Notes: generated by a model from the sequence alone, not told the origin. Counted from the first letter of the stretch, positions 48,417 through 59,371 are shown. The stretch is 64,000 nt of DNA from Bacteroidales bacterium UBA1402 (GCA_002305085.1 DBQE01000009.1:20835-84834), one strand, 5' to 3'. Numbers and translations: made by a program.

Positions 48417-49172
48417 TTAATCTTTCAATTCTTGCTTGACCCAATCGTATCCTTGTTTTTCCAAGTCTTTGGCCAATTGAAAATCCCCACTTTTGACTAT
48501 ACGCCCCTCGAAAAGCACATGCACCCGGTCGGGAACAATATAATTCAACAATCGTTGGTAATGGGTAATGACTATACAGGATTTCTGAGGAGTGTGTATT
48601 TTATTTACCCCTTGGGCAACAATGCGTAAGGCATCTATATCTAGACCGCTGTCGGTCTCGTCGAGAATAGAGAGTACGGGATCGAGCATGGCCATCTGAA
48701 ATATTTCGTTGCGCTTTTTTTCTCCTCCCGAAAAACCCTCGTTGACCGAACGGCCGGCCAAGGTATTATCCAACTCAACCAATGCCTTTTTTTCTCGCAT
48801 CAGTTTCAAAAAGTCCGAGGCGTTCATGGCTTCCTGTTTGCGGTATTTACGGTGCTCATTAATGGCTGTGCGCATAAAATTCACCATACTTACCCCGGGG
48901 ATTTCCACCGGATACTGAAAACTCAAAAACAAACCTTCACGTGAACGATCTTCGGGAGTCATACTTAAAAGATCCATGCCTTTGAAGTGAACCGTACCTT
49001 GGGTAACAGTAAAGGCCGGATTTCCCGAAAGTACAGCTGAAAGCGTACTTTTCCCCGAGCCATTGGGTCCCATAATGGCATGTATTTCTCCTTCTTTCAC
49101 CGATAAATTCAGGCCTTTCAGGATTTCTTTATCTCCTGCGGAAGCATGTAAATTTTTTATTTCCAACAACAT
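48417..49172 (-). CDS. sufC: Fe-S cluster assembly ATPase SufC
   Basis: 251 aa from ATG 49172; the track start 49250 is GTG. Walker A GPNGSGKST, signature FSGGEKKR and Walker B ILDETDSGLD. Confidence 0.93.
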   Translation of the reverse strand: MLLEIKNLHASAGDKEILKGLNLSVKEGEIHAIMGPNGSGKSTLSAVLSGNPAFTVTQGTVHFKGMDLLSMTPEDRSREGLFLSFQYPVEIPGVSMVNFMRTAINEHRKYRKQEAMNASDFLKLMREKKALVELDNTLAGRSVNEGFSGGEKKRNEIFQMAMLDPVLSILDETDSGLDIDALRIVAQGVNKIHTPQKSCIVITHYQRLLNYIVPDRVHVLFEGRIVKSGDFQLAKDLEKQGYDWVKQELKD

Positions 49173-49224
49173 AAATATCGTCTTTACGGCCTTGGCCAAT
49201 CTGTTTTTATTCTTTGTTTGTTTT

Positions 49225-49575
49225 CTATCTCCTCCCGGTCTTTTTTCCACGTTTTACGGACTTCGGCGCAGGAGAATACCTTGATGGCTTTCTTTTTGCT
49301 TTACCCTTTTTCCTCGTCGTTTTTTTGAACCAGCCCTGAACAAACACCAATAATCCTACAACCAGCAACATCAAGGCAAGGGCACTCACCAAAAGCCGCT
49401 GCCTGTTTCCCTCTTCTTCCAAAGGCAGGGTACTAAACAACAAATAACCCAAGCCTGCCAGGATCAAGAGAATAAAGATGGCGACCCAAATGGCTCCTCT
49501 GCTCTTTTGAATAGGAGCTTCGTTGTCGTCAGTTCCTCTATTTTGTGCGGTTTTTGTTTCCCTTTTTGATTTCAT
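49225..49575 (-). CDS. Hypothetical small 2-TM protein with polybasic C-terminal tail
   Basis: 116 aa from ATG 49575. Two hydrophobic helices (IWVAIFILLILAGLGYLLF; LLVSALALMLLVVGLLVFV), then KKTTRKKGKAKRKPSRYSPAPKSVKRGKKTGRR. It fills the pnuC-sufC gap and overlaps the pnuC 3' end by 38 nt. Whether it is coding is unproven. Confidence 0.4.
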   Translation of the reverse strand: MKSKRETKTAQNRGTDDNEAPIQKSRGAIWVAIFILLILAGLGYLLFSTLPLEEEGNRQRLLVSALALMLLVVGLLVFVQGWFKKTTRKKGKAKRKPSRYSPAPKSVKRGKKTGRR

Positions 49576-50215
49576 CCTGCTGTTTATATTGTTTATTCCA
49601 ATCAACTATTGCTCTTAACGCTATCAAAGTAAAGACGGCAAAAAGCAGCGCTGTAAAAAACAACCCCATATAAGCATAAAGGGCTGTGCTCAACACGTCG
49701 ACAACTATCCAGATAATCCAGTTATCCTTTACTTTTCTTGAAAGCAAAAACTGCCCCATTACACTAGCCGCTGTCAACATGGCATCCAACCTGGGAAAGG
49801 CTGGAGGATCAATGTATTCGGGAAACCTGGACTGAAAATAAATAATTCCTTCGCTCCACAAGCCGCCGAACACCAAAACTATCACTATCACCAGAGCCCA
49901 CTGGCTCTTATTTAATCGCCGTATGCGCAGCTCTCTGTTTTTCCCTTCTTGTCCGGGCGCCGGGTGCTTCCAGTGATAATACCCATAGAGGCTGAATGAG
50001 AAATACACTACCTGCAGCAGCATGGCTGAGTATAAATGTGCCTGATAAAACACAACAAAGTACACCACATTGTTGAGCAAACCAAACAAAAAATTAACAG
50101 AGAGCGCTCTTGAGGCCAAATATACAGCCACCAGCCCGCTAACCAATCCGATCAATTCCAGCAGGTTCATGGAATGGCCCCATAACGAAAACAACACTAC
50201 ATCCTGAATCGACAT
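49538..50215 (-). CDS. pnuC: PnuC-family nicotinamide riboside (or related vitamin) transporter
   Basis: ATG at 50215, 1 nt after the sufB stop. Strong resemblance to PnuC as I recall it: LYSAMLLQVVYFSFSLYGYYHW and LSRKVKDNWIIWIVVDVLSTALYAYMG. Confidence 0.85.
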   Translation of the reverse strand: MSIQDVVLFSLWGHSMNLLELIGLVSGLVAVYLASRALSVNFLFGLLNNVVYFVVFYQAHLYSAMLLQVVYFSFSLYGYYHWKHPAPGQEGKNRELRIRRLNKSQWALVIVIVLVFGGLWSEGIIYFQSRFPEYIDPPAFPRLDAMLTAASVMGQFLLSRKVKDNWIIWIVVDVLSTALYAYMGLFFTALLFAVFTLIALRAIVDWNKQYKQQDEIKKGNKNRTK

Positions 50216-50216
50216 A

Positions 50217-51668
50217 TTATCCAACACTCCCTTCCAGAGAAACCTGCAACAATTTTTGTGCCTCAACGGCAAATTCCATGGGAAGCTTATTGATTACTTC
50301 TTTAGCATAGCCATTCACTATCAACCCTATAGCTTCTTCTGTAGAAATACCGCGCTGATTGCAATAAAACAATTGATCCTCGTTGATCTTAGAAGTAGTC
50401 GCTTCGTGCTCAACTACGGCTGTTTCGTTGTTTATTTCAATATAAGGGAAGGTATGTGCCCCACAGGTGTCCCCCAGCAACAAACTGTCGCATTGGGAGT
50501 GATTGCGGGCGTTGGAAGCTTTAGGAGCAATTTTTACCAACCCACGGTAACTGTTTTGGCTTTTACCGGCCGATATACCTTTGGAAACAATAATGCTGCG
50601 GGTGTTTTTGCCCAAATGAATCATTTTGGTTCCCGTATCGGCCTGTTGGTGGTTGTTAGTAACGGCAACCGAGTAAAATTCTCCCACAGAATTATCCCCC
50701 GCCAAAATACAGGAAGGGTACTTCCAGGTTATGGCTGAGCCCGTTTCAACCTGAGTCCAGGAGATCTTGGCCGATTCACCTTTACACAAACAACGCTTGG
50801 TAACAAAGTTATAAATACCACCCTTGCCTTCTTTATCGCCCGGATACCAGTTTTGTACAGTAGAATATTTGACTTCTGCCCGGTCGTGGACAACAATCTC
50901 CACTATAGCCACATGCAATTGGTTCTCGTCGCGTATCGGAGCCGTGCAGCCTTCCAGGTAGCTGACGTAGCTATCGTCATCGGCCACTATCAATGTGCGC
51001 TCAAATTGACCCGTATTGATGGCATTAATTCTGAAATAGGTTGACAACTCCATAGGACAACGCACCCCCTTAGGTATGTACACAAAGGAACCATCGCTGA
51101 AAACGGCACAATTCAGGGCCGCGTAATAATTATCCGTATAGGGTACGACCGAGCCCAGGTAACGCTTGATTAATTCGGGATGCTCTTGCACCCCCTCGCT
51201 GAAAGAGCAAAAAATGATGCCCTTCTTTGCCAGGCTTTCCTTGAAGGTGGTCTTGACGGAAACACTATCCATTACGGCATCTACGGCCATGCCTGCCAGT
51301 TGCTTGCGCTCTTGCAAGGGTATGCCCAGTTTCTCGAAGGTTTTTAGCAAATCCGGATCAATGTCTTCCTCGTTATCTCCGGAAGTTTTGCTCTTAGGGG
51401 CGGCATAGTAGACCATTTTTTGATAGTCAATTTCGGGAATGTCCAAATGCGCCCATTGGGGCTTTTCCATGCTTTGCCAATGACGAAAAGCCTTGAGGCG
51501 AAACTCCAACAGCCAGTCCGGCTCCATTTTTTTGGAAGAAATCAAACGAATAACATCTTCATTTAACCCCTCGGGAATAGTTTCGGTTTCAATATCGGTC
51601 ACGAAACCATACTTATATTCACCGGCAGTTACCTGTGTAATGATATCCTTGTCTTCGGTTGATTTCAT
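50217..51668 (-). CDS. sufB: Fe-S cluster assembly scaffold SufB
   Basis: 483 aa, SufB-typical throughout (YGF..D.E....[26 protein letters not shown]). Confidence 0.95.
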   Translation of the reverse strand: MKSTEDKDIITQVTAGEYKYGFVTDIETETIPEGLNEDVIRLISSKKMEPDWLLEFRLKAFRHWQSMEKPQWAHLDIPEIDYQKMVYYAAPKSKTSGDNEEDIDPDLLKTFEKLGIPLQERKQLAGMAVDAVMDSVSVKTTFKESLAKKGIIFCSFSEGVQEHPELIKRYLGSVVPYTDNYYAALNCAVFSDGSFVYIPKGVRCPMELSTYFRINAINTGQFERTLIVADDDSYVSYLEGCTAPIRDENQLHVAIVEIVVHDRAEVKYSTVQNWYPGDKEGKGGIYNFVTKRCLCKGESAKISWTQVETGSAITWKYPSCILAGDNSVGEFYSVAVTNNHQQADTGTKMIHLGKNTRSIIVSKGISAGKSQNSYRGLVKIAPKASNARNHSQCDSLLLGDTCGAHTFPYIEINNETAVVEHEATTSKINEDQLFYCNQRGISTEEAIGLIVNGYAKEVINKLPMEFAVEAQKLLQVSLEGSVG

Positions 51669-51671
51669 ACA

Positions 51672-52217
51672 TCATATACTCTGAGGGACAGGTGTTGATT
51701 GTTGTAAAGTTTCGGGTTTTTTTGTGTTCCAGTCTTCAAAGTGGATAAAGGGCAGCACGGCGGGAGCAAAATCGGAAAGCGGGCCGTAAAAACGAGAAGT
51801 ACTGCTTTTTTCCCGATGAAAAGAAGACTTCCCTTTGTCAAAATAGTCAAACACATTAACGACTATACTCAACACAAAAAGGTAAAGCACCACGGCAAAT
51901 AAACCTCCGGCAATGCGGTTGAGCCAGCCGAGCATCACCATTTTGACCAGCTTGCCCAGTAAAACCGCTACAAAATGAAACAAGATGACCGTCAGCACAA
52001 AAAGTACTATAAACGAAACAACCTGCACCACTTTTAGGCTCGCCGACTCAAAAAGTTGGGAAATGTAAGGAGCCACCAAATACGAGAGTGCTTTGGCTGC
52101 AAAGATTCCACAAACAACGCCTGCTATAGTTCCAATGGTCTGTATCAGACCTCTGCGCAAACCATCAATTAAGCCTAACAAAGCAACGATCAAAATAATG
52201 ATGTCGTAGAGATTCAT
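51672..52217 (-). CDS. cvpA: CvpA family membrane protein
   Basis: 181 aa. N-terminal MNLYDIIILIVALLGLIDGLRRGLI and four TMs. 3-nt gaps to infB and sufB. Confidence 0.8.
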   Translation of the reverse strand: MNLYDIIILIVALLGLIDGLRRGLIQTIGTIAGVVCGIFAAKALSYLVAPYISQLFESASLKVVQVVSFIVLFVLTVILFHFVAVLLGKLVKMVMLGWLNRIAGGLFAVVLYLFVLSIVVNVFDYFDKGKSSFHREKSSTSRFYGPLSDFAPAVLPFIHFEDWNTKKPETLQQSTPVPQSI

Positions 52218-52220
52218 ACG

Positions 52221-55175
52221 CTACAGGGTCTGTTTTACTTCTATTTCTTCGTAGGCTTCGATTAAATCGCCCACCTTGATGTCGTTATAATTGTTAATAC
52301 TCAATCCACACTCATAACCCGAGGCAACTTCCTTGACATCCTCCTTGAAGCGCTTTAATGAGCTCAATTCTCCGGTAAATACAACTATACCGTCACGAAT
52401 AAGCCTAATTTTAGTACCTCGCTTGATTTTTCCTTCTTTAACCATACAGCCGGCAACTGTACCGACCTTAGTAATCCTAAATACTTCACGAACCTCGGCT
52501 GTGGCAGTAACTTCCTCCTTGATTTCGGGAGAAAGCATACCTTCCATAGCCGACTTAATTTCTTCGATGGCATCGTAGATAATTGAATAAAGACGAATGT
52601 CCACGCCATCGCGCTCGGCCATCTTGCGGGCGGCCATAGAGGGGCGTACCTGAAAACCGACAATAATGGCATCGGAAGCAGAAGCCAGTGTTACATCCGA
52701 TTCGGAAATCTGACCGACCGCCTTGTGTATCACATTCACCTGAATTTGCTCTGTGCTCAAACCTATCAGAGAATCCGACAAAGCTTCAATAGATCCGTCC
52801 ACATCTCCTTTTACAATGAGATTCAGTTCTTTGAAATTGCCAACGGCTATACGGCGGCCGATTTCGGCCAGTGTCAGAATTTTACTGGTGCGCAACCCTT
52901 GTTCTCTTTGCAATTGCTCTCTTTTGGTGGCAATCTCTCTGGCTTCCTGTTCGGAGTCGAGTACGTTGAAATTGTCGCCTGCCTGAGGAGCCCCATTCAA
53001 TCCAAGGATCAATACAGGTTCGGCGGGCCCTGCCGATTCCACGCGCTGCCCTCGTTCATTGAACATAGCCTTTATGCGTCCGTGATTAACGCCGGCAACG
53101 ATGTTGTCTCCGACTTCCAACGTGCCGTTTTCCACCAATACTGTCGCCACGTAGCCACGCCCCTTTTCGAGTGTAGACTCTATGATGGACCCCACAGCAC
53201 GTCTTGAGGGATTGGCCTTGAGTTCCAACATTTCAGCCTCGAGCAAAACCTTTTCGAGCAATTCCTTCACATTGATGCCTTTTTTGGCTGAAATATCTTG
53301 TGATTGGTATTTTCCGCCCCATTCTTCGACCAGGTAATTCATATTAGCCAGTTCCTGCTTAATTTTTTCGGGGTCGGCTGCCGGTTTGTCTATTTTGTTA
53401 ATGGCAAATACCATGGGGACGCCGGCTGCTGAAGCGTGGTTAATGGCCTCAACTGTTTGGGGCATAACGTTGTCGTCGGCTGCCACAATAATAATGGCAA
53501 TATCCGTTATTTTGGCTCCGCGGGCGCGCATGGCCGTAAAAGCCTCGTGGCCCGGAGTGTCCAGAAAAGTCATTTTCCGTCCGTCTTTCAGAGTAACATT
53601 GTATGCTCCGATGTGCTGAGTTATACCTCCAGCCTCACCTGCAATCACATTAGAATTGCGGATGTAGTCGAGCAGAGAAGTTTTACCGTGGTCCACGTGT
53701 CCCATTACCGTGATAATGGGAGGACGAGGCACCAAATCTTCTTCGTCGTCCTCTTCTTCCTGAATGGCCTCCAATACTTCAGCACTGACATACTCTGTTT
53801 TAAAGCCGAATTCGTCGGCTACAAAATTAATGGTTTCTGCGTCCAGGCGTTGATTGATCGACACCATCTGACCTATGGCGATACAAGTGGAAATTACGTC
53901 GACAACCGGCACATCCATCATGGTAGCCAGGTCGTTAACGGTAACAAACTCGGTTATTTTAAGCACGCTCTTTTCCCGCATTTCTTTTTGTTCGAGTTCT
54001 TGCATACGTTGAGATGCCGCCTCTCGTTTTTCTCTGCGGTATTTTGCTCCTTTTTTGGGCCTGCTGGTCAGGCGGGCAAGTGTTTCTTTAATTTGTTTGG
54101 AAACATCCTCTTCGCTGACTTCTGTTTTAAGAACGGGTTTCTTGAGGCGGCCTTTGGTCCTGTCGCCCCTGGAGACCGGAGCGCCGAATTCTCCATCGAC
54201 CTTTATCTTGACATCCTTGATGCGACTGCGCCTTTTCTTTTTGGAATCTGAAACTTCGGTTTTCCCCTCGGTTCTCCCTTTAAGAGTTTCGGCTTTTTTC
54301 CTTTCTTCGCGCAAGGCCTGTTCTTGTGTTTTTTTGTCTTCCTGTTCCTTGAGTCTTTCTTGTTTGGTTTTCCTTTTGGGCCTGGTATTTTGATTCAACG
54401 CATCCAGATCAATGGTGGTAACCACCTTGATGTTGGGTTTAATAGTCCTTTTCCCCAGGGTGAATATTTCGGGCTCTTCAGATTTTTTATCCTCTTGGGC
54501 GTCTTCCTGTTCTTCGATTTTTTGAGGAGGTATTGTTTCAGGAATTTCTTCTTTTTCTTCGACAATTGTCTTCTCTTCCGTGCGGACGGTTTCCTTCTGA
54601 GGGGTGGGTTTTTCCTCTTTTTCAGCCATATCGGCTGCAGGTGTTCGGCTCACAGGAGCTTCTGCTGCCGGGGCTTTTTTTGCAGATTCCTGAACGGGGG
54701 ATTCTTCTTTTTTTATTTTTTCGGCTGCTTCAGGCTCGGTTGATGCCGGGCTTGCGACAGCAGTAATAACTTCCTCAACAGTTTTTGCGGGTTTTTCTTC
54801 CTTAGGAAGGATTTCTTCCTTTTCCTCTTTTTTCGGTCCTGTTGCTTTGGGTTTAGCAACAGCATCCAGGTCTATTTTACCCAGAGTCTTGAATTGTTGT
54901 TTGCGAGTGCTTACGACAGGTTCTTCGGGAGCCTCTTGCTTAACAGGCTCAGGAGTTACCTGTTCCGTTTCTCTGATCTTGGGTTTCTCCTTTTTGGGAA
55001 TTAAAAGCTCCTGCCCATCGCCAAATTCTTCGACGAGAAGCATATAGGCCTCTCCGCTGATTTTGGCGTTGGGGTTATTTTCAACCTCAAATCCCTTTTT
55101 TTGTAAAAATTCCACCAAAGTGCCGATACCCACATTCAGCTCTCTGGTTATTTTATTCAATCGAACACTCGACAT
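52221..55175 (-). CDS. infB: Translation initiation factor IF-2
   Basis: ATG at 55175; the track start 55181 is TTG. N-terminal [16 protein letters not shown], a long E/K/P-rich low-complexity region, then the GTPase motifs [20 protein letters not shown] and NKID. Confidence 0.95.
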   Translation of the reverse strand: MSSVRLNKITRELNVGIGTLVEFLQKKGFEVENNPNAKISGEAYMLLVEEFGDGQELLIPKKEKPKIRETEQVTPEPVKQEAPEEPVVSTRKQQFKTLGKIDLDAVAKPKATGPKKEEKEEILPKEEKPAKTVEEVITAVASPASTEPEAAEKIKKEESPVQESAKKAPAAEAPVSRTPAADMAEKEEKPTPQKETVRTEEKTIVEEKEEIPETIPPQKIEEQEDAQEDKKSEEPEIFTLGKRTIKPNIKVVTTIDLDALNQNTRPKRKTKQERLKEQEDKKTQEQALREERKKAETLKGRTEGKTEVSDSKKKRRSRIKDVKIKVDGEFGAPVSRGDRTKGRLKKPVLKTEVSEEDVSKQIKETLARLTSRPKKGAKYRREKREAASQRMQELEQKEMREKSVLKITEFVTVNDLATMMDVPVVDVISTCIAIGQMVSINQRLDAETINFVADEFGFKTEYVSAEVLEAIQEEEDDEEDLVPRPPIITVMGHVDHGKTSLLDYIRNSNVIAGEAGGITQHIGAYNVTLKDGRKMTFLDTPGHEAFTAMRARGAKITDIAIIIVAADDNVMPQTVEAINHASAAGVPMVFAINKIDKPAADPEKIKQELANMNYLVEEWGGKYQSQDISAKKGINVKELLEKVLLEAEMLELKANPSRRAVGSIIESTLEKGRGYVATVLVENGTLEVGDNIVAGVNHGRIKAMFNERGQRVESAGPAEPVLILGLNGAPQAGDNFNVLDSEQEAREIATKREQLQREQGLRTSKILTLAEIGRRIAVGNFKELNLIVKGDVDGSIEALSDSLIGLSTEQIQVNVIHKAVGQISESDVTLASASDAIIVGFQVRPSMAARKMAERDGVDIRLYSIIYDAIEEIKSAMEGMLSPEIKEEVTATAEVREVFRITKVGTVAGCMVKEGKIKRGTKIRLIRDGIVVFTGELSSLKRFKEDVKEVASGYECGLSINNYNDIKVGDLIEAYEEIEVKQTL

Positions 55176-55189
55176 AAGCAAATAATTTA

Positions 55190-56461
55190 TTAATCTTCAA
55201 ACTCTGCATGAAGTATACGCAAGACTTCATCCACAGTACTTTCCTCCAAATCGGCTTTTTCAACTAAAGTTTCTCTTGGTAAAGCCAACACATTCCGAGC
55301 AGTATCGCAACCTATGGCTTTTAGGGCTTCAATAACCCATTCATCTATTTCGTCCTTGAATTCATCCAGGTAAATATCATCCTCTTCCAGTTCCTGGTCG
55401 GTTTCTCTGAAAACATCTATGGTATAATTCGTCAACATGCTGGCAAGCTTTATGTTCATGCCCCCTTTGCCAATTGCCAGTGAAACTTCTTCGGGCTTGA
55501 GCCATACCTCAGCTTTTTTGTTGACTTCGTCCAGCCTGATAGAAGAAATTTTGGCAGGACTCAAGGCTCTTTGAATAAACAAACTGGTGTTTGAGGTATA
55601 GTTGATGACGTCGATATTCTCGTTGCGCAATTCACGTACTATACCATGGATTCTGGAGCCTTTCACACCCACACAGGCTCCGACCGGATCAATACGTTCA
55701 TCGTAAGACTCCACGGCGATTTTTGCTCTTTCTCCCGGAATGCGGGCTACCCTTTTGATGGTAATGAGCCCGTCGTGGATTTCGGGAACTTCCAATTCAA
55801 AAAGCCTCTCAAGAAAAACAGGAGAGGTACGCGACAAAATTATCTTGGGGTCAACAGCTTTGGGATTGTTAGTCTTGTTTTCAACGCGCTCTATGACGGC
55901 ACGAACCGTTTCTCCCTTACGGTAAAAATCGCTGGGTATCTGCTCACTCTTGGGTAGAATCAGTTCATTATTTTCATCGTCCAAAAGCAGAATTTCTTTT
56001 TTCCAAATCTGGTAGACTTCGGCACTTATCAATTGTCCCACTTGTTCAATGAAACGGTTGTAGAGGCTTTCCTTTTGTAATTCCATGATTTTTGAAGCCA
56101 GGGTTTGCCGCAAATTCAAAATGGCGCGACGTCCGAAGGCACTGAAATGTACCTGGTCGGTAACTTCCTCACCTACTTCGTAATCGCTTTCTATTTTACG
56201 GGCTTCTGTCAGGCTGATTTGGTGTTCGGGATCCTCCACCTGGTCGTCTTCTACTATTTCGCGATTGTGCCAAATTTCAAAGTCCCCGCTGTCGGGGTTG
56301 ATAATAACATCGTAATGTTCGTCAGAGCCAAACAGTTTTGCTATGACTCCACGAAAAGATTCTACAATCACATTTATCATTGTAGAACGGTCTATGTTTT
56401 TAGACTCTTTGAATTCCGAAAAAATTTCGACCAGATTGATTCGTTCTTCTGTTTTTGCCAT
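55190..56461 (-). CDS. nusA: Transcription termination/antitermination factor NusA
   Basis: N-terminal domain, S1 and two KH domains ([11 protein letters not shown]). [23 protein letters not shown] fits the usual N-terminus. An in-frame ATG four codons upstream (56473) is also possible. Confidence 0.93.
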   Translation of the reverse strand: MAKTEERINLVEIFSEFKESKNIDRSTMINVIVESFRGVIAKLFGSDEHYDVIINPDSGDFEIWHNREIVEDDQVEDPEHQISLTEARKIESDYEVGEEVTDQVHFSAFGRRAILNLRQTLASKIMELQKESLYNRFIEQVGQLISAEVYQIWKKEILLLDDENNELILPKSEQIPSDFYRKGETVRAVIERVENKTNNPKAVDPKIILSRTSPVFLERLFELEVPEIHDGLITIKRVARIPGERAKIAVESYDERIDPVGACVGVKGSRIHGIVRELRNENIDVINYTSNTSLFIQRALSPAKISSIRLDEVNKKAEVWLKPEEVSLAIGKGGMNIKLASMLTNYTIDVFRETDQELEEDDIYLDEFKDEIDEWVIEALKAIGCDTARNVLALPRETLVEKADLEESTVDEVLRILHAEFED

Positions 56462-56507
56462 TGTTATCGACATTGTGTTGAAATATCTATTAATTCTCTC
56501 GTATTTA

Positions 56508-56975
56508 TCAGAATATTATTTTGGAACATACGGAGGCCGTTTCCGCTTGCAAATAGCACTCTTGCTGCTCAATAATTTTGGGCCTTTTGGCACCCTCGGG
56601 CTTTATTTTTCGCATAACGTTGACAGTAAATTTGTCCTCGTCACAGCTTAATAACGTACCTGAAAACTTTTGTCCGTTTTTTAGACGAACCTCAACCTCC
56701 TTGTTTATGTGTTTTTGATATTGCCTAAATACTTTAAAGGGTTGACCTATGCCTGCTGAAGAAACTTTCAGGGCAAAATCCAGATCCTCATTGCTCAGAC
56801 GGGACTCTATATGCCTGCTCAACTCTGCGCAATCGCCTATACTTACATTGCCTTGAACAGATTCAATTTCTATGGCAATACTAAAATCGGGGCCGATATT
56901 GAGGTCAACCAAAAAAAAGGGCTTGTTATTAATCCACTCTTCAATGTACTGATTGATAATCTCTTTACTAATCAT
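56508..56975 (-). CDS. rimP: Ribosome maturation factor RimP
   Basis: 155 aa immediately upstream of nusA, with the conserved ...LEVSSPG-like segment as ALKVSSAGIGQPF. Confidence 0.85.
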   Translation of the reverse strand: MISKEIINQYIEEWINNKPFFLVDLNIGPDFSIAIEIESVQGNVSIGDCAELSRHIESRLSNEDLDFALKVSSAGIGQPFKVFRQYQKHINKEVEVRLKNGQKFSGTLLSCDEDKFTVNVMRKIKPEGAKRPKIIEQQECYLQAETASVCSKIIF

Positions 56976-56990
56976 CCTTTTGTGTTAAGT

Positions 56991-57019
56991 AAAAAATGAG
57001 GGGAACTTTTGTCCCCCTC
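56991..57019 (-). terminator. Intrinsic terminator/attenuator in the rimP-nusA-infB leader
   Basis: Minus-strand RNA: gaggggga/ttcccctc stem (8 bp including one G-U), loop caaaag, then AUUUUUU. It lies between the -7 box (57039-57046) and the rimP ATG (56975). Confidence 0.55.
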
Positions 57020-57038
57020 GCCTGTATCCTAACGGCCG

Positions 57039-57046
57039 CAAAATTA
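57039..57046 (-). promoter_or_regulatory. -7 box (CAAAATTA on + strand) for rimP-nusA-infB
   Basis: 63 nt upstream of the rimP ATG. Confidence 0.45.
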
Positions 57047-57107
57047 CACAATATCAAGTGATTTGCAAAAAAAACGCAGATTATTTTAATCTGGAGGCTA
57101 AAAAATA

Positions 57108-57115
57108 TACTTTTG
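57108..57115 (+). promoter_or_regulatory. -7 box TACTTTTG
   Basis: 25 nt upstream of ATG 57141. Confidence 0.5.
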
Positions 57116-57140
57116 CGCGGACTTTGATCCGAAATATTGT

Positions 57141-57797
57141 ATGAAAAGCGTTTTTTATCCCCTTTTGATATTTTGGAGCTGTTTTACATTGTTCTGCTCT
57201 TGCTCTACCATTTCGAATATTGTAAAAAAAGAATTTGCTGAAAGGAATCCCGAAGACATCCTCCAAAACACCGCTGCCGAATACATTGTAAATTCGGGCA
57301 TCGAGGGAGAAGCCGGCCAGTGGATTGCCTCACAAATGGAGATCCTGAAAATCATGCTAAGCGAACAAATAGGCGATTCCGTGATGATTCGCCAACCCGA
57401 AGAAGGCCTTTTGCTGGTTTTTGACTCCGACCGGCTTTTTAAACAAGGCCTTCAGTATGTAAATGATTCTTCCATCGAGACCTTAGAAGTACTTGCAACA
57501 TCCCTGCAAGATTTTCCTAACACCAGATTGTATATCCTTGTCCACACCGACAACAGTAGTTCAGAATTCATAGCGCTTTCCTTATCGGACAAGAGAGCCA
57601 AAAACATAAAAAGAATTCTAGTATCAAAGGGCGTGAAACGCAGTCATATCACAGCCGAAGGACGAGGGTTTATGGTGCCCGTTATTTCGAACGAAAGCCC
57701 GGAAGGCCGTAAAATAAACCGCCGGGTAGAAATGGCTGTAACGGCCAACCATAAAATGATTCGCCAAGCTATAAAAAGCACTAAAACAAAAAGATAA
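57141..57797 (+). CDS. OmpA-family (OmpA_C-like) lipoprotein
   Basis: 218 aa with lipobox LFCSCS. C-terminal OmpA-like peptidoglycan-binding region (HTDNSSS...LSDKRAKNI...GRKINRRVEM). Confidence 0.8.
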   Translation: MKSVFYPLLIFWSCFTLFCSCSTISNIVKKEFAERNPEDILQNTAAEYIVNSGIEGEAGQWIASQMEILKIMLSEQIGDSVMIRQPEEGLLLVFDSDRLFKQGLQYVNDSSIETLEVLATSLQDFPNTRLYILVHTDNSSSEFIALSLSDKRAKNIKRILVSKGVKRSHITAEGRGFMVPVISNESPEGRKINRRVEMAVTANHKMIRQAIKSTKTKR

Positions 57798-57812
57798 TTC
57801 AGCCGAATTGCT

Positions 57813-57820
57813 TACCTTTG
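57813..57820 (+). promoter_or_regulatory. -7 box TACCTTTG
   Basis: 24 nt upstream of the gpmI ATG (57845). Confidence 0.5.
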
Positions 57821-57844
57821 CGCCCGATATTTTAGATAACTATT

Positions 57845-59371
57845 ATGAGCAAGAAAGCAATGCTGATGATTCTCGACGGTTGGGGTATTGGCAACCGTGG
57901 GAAAGAAGACGTTATATACAACACCCCTACTCCTTACTGGGACTATCTGATAAAAAACTATCCGAACTCGCAACTTCAGGCATCGGGCGAAAACGTGGGT
58001 TTACCCGACGGTCAAATGGGCAATTCCGAAGTGGGACATCTCAACATCGGAGCCGGCAGAGTGGTTTACCAGGATTTGGTGAAAATCAATATTTCCTGCC
58101 GCGACAACAGCATTCTCGAAAATCCCGGCATCAAGGCAGCCTACGGTTACGCAAAACAATCGGGCAAGCAAATCCACTTTCTGGGCCTGGTTTCAGACGG
58201 CGGCGTACACAGCTCGCTCGACCATTTGTTTAAGCTTATTGAAATCTCCAAGCTTTACGGCATAAAGAAATCCTTTGTGCATTGCTTTATGGACGGCCGG
58301 GACACCGACCCCAAAAGCGGTAAGTCGTTCATAGCCGCTCTGCAAAAGCACCTGGATCGAAACACAGGGGCCATAGCCTCTATTGTGGGCCGTTACTATG
58401 CCATGGACAGGGACAAACGCTGGGAGCGCATCAAAGAAGCCTACGATTTGCTGGTAAAGGGCAAAGGAGTGAAAGCACAAGACATGGTTCAGGCTGTTCA
58501 GGCATCGTACGATCAGGGAGTAACCGATGAATTCATAAAACCCATTGTTCATACGGATGCTCAAGGCCAACCTCTGGCCACCATTCAGGACGGCGACGTG
58601 GTGCTCTTTTTCAATTTCCGCAACGACAGAGCCAGAGAGCTCACCATAGTACTGACCCAGGAAGACATGCCACAACACGGTATGCAGACGCTCTGCCTGG
58701 AATACTACACCATGACCCCTTACGATGCCACCTTCAAGGGCATAAACGTACTTTTCGATAAAGAAAACGTCGACAATACCCTGGGTGAAATTGTGGCAAA
58801 AGCCGGCAAAAAACAACTGCGTATAGCAGAAACCGAAAAGTACGCTCATGTAACCTTCTTTTTCTCGGGCGGACGCGAAAAAGAATTCGAAAACGAAGAC
58901 CGCATACTGATACCATCGCCCAAAGTGGCCACCTACGACCTGAAACCCGAAATGAGCGTTAACGAAGTGGGCGACGCGCTGAAGCAAGCCATAGAAACCG
59001 AAAAATACGATCTGATTGTCGTAAACTATGCCAATGGCGATATGGTCGGCCACACGGGAGTCTATTCGGCCATTCAGGCCGCCGTCGTAGCTGTGGACGC
59101 CAATATTAAAAAGGTTGTTGAAGCAGCCAAAAGCAAAGACTACGAAGTAATCATAATTGCCGATCACGGCAACGCCGACAATGCGTTGAATCCCGACGGT
59201 TCTCCCAACACGGCCCATTCTCTGAATCCGGTTCCTTTTGTGTACATAAGCCGGAATAGTTCAGCCGAAGTCAGCGATGGCATACTGGCCGATGTGGCGC
59301 CCTCGCTCTGCCACATCCTGGGCATAAAACAGCCTGCGGAAATGACCGGACGCTGTCTTATACACGACTAA
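57845..59371 (+). CDS. gpmI: 2,3-bisphosphoglycerate-independent phosphoglycerate mutase
   Basis: 508 aa. [30 protein letters not shown] and ADHGNA motifs. Confidence 0.95.
   Translation: MSKKAMLMILDGWGIGNRGKEDVIYNTPTPYWDYLIKNYPNSQLQASGENVGLPDGQMGNSEVGHLNIGAGRVVYQDLVKINISCRDNSILENPGIKAAYGYAKQSGKQIHFLGLVSDGGVHSSLDHLFKLIEISKLYGIKKSFVHCFMDGRDTDPKSGKSFIAALQKHLDRNTGAIASIVGRYYAMDRDKRWERIKEAYDLLVKGKGVKAQDMVQAVQASYDQGVTDEFIKPIVHTDAQGQPLATIQDGDVVLFFNFRNDRARELTIVLTQEDMPQHGMQTLCLEYYTMTPYDATFKGINVLFDKENVDNTLGEIVAKAGKKQLRIAETEKYAHVTFFFSGGREKEFENEDRILIPSPKVATYDLKPEMSVNEVGDALKQAIETEKYDLIVVNYANGDMVGHTGVYSAIQAAVVAVDANIKKVVEAAKSKDYEVIIIADHGNADNALNPDGSPNTAHSLNPVPFVYISRNSSAEVSDGILADVAPSLCHILGIKQPAEMTGRCLIHD

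Noticed and set aside
53436-54743. Several long plus-strand ORFs (271, 139, 112 and 77 aa) antisense to infB
   Set aside because: They are Phe/Leu/Gly-rich shadows of the E/K/P-rich low-complexity region of IF-2, with no independent signal.
58193-59218. 341-aa minus-strand ORF antisense to gpmI
   Set aside because: It is fully contained in a very confidently recognised gpmI frame. Its composition is odd (Val/Phe/Gly-rich), it has no recognisable motifs, and no promoter box lies upstream.
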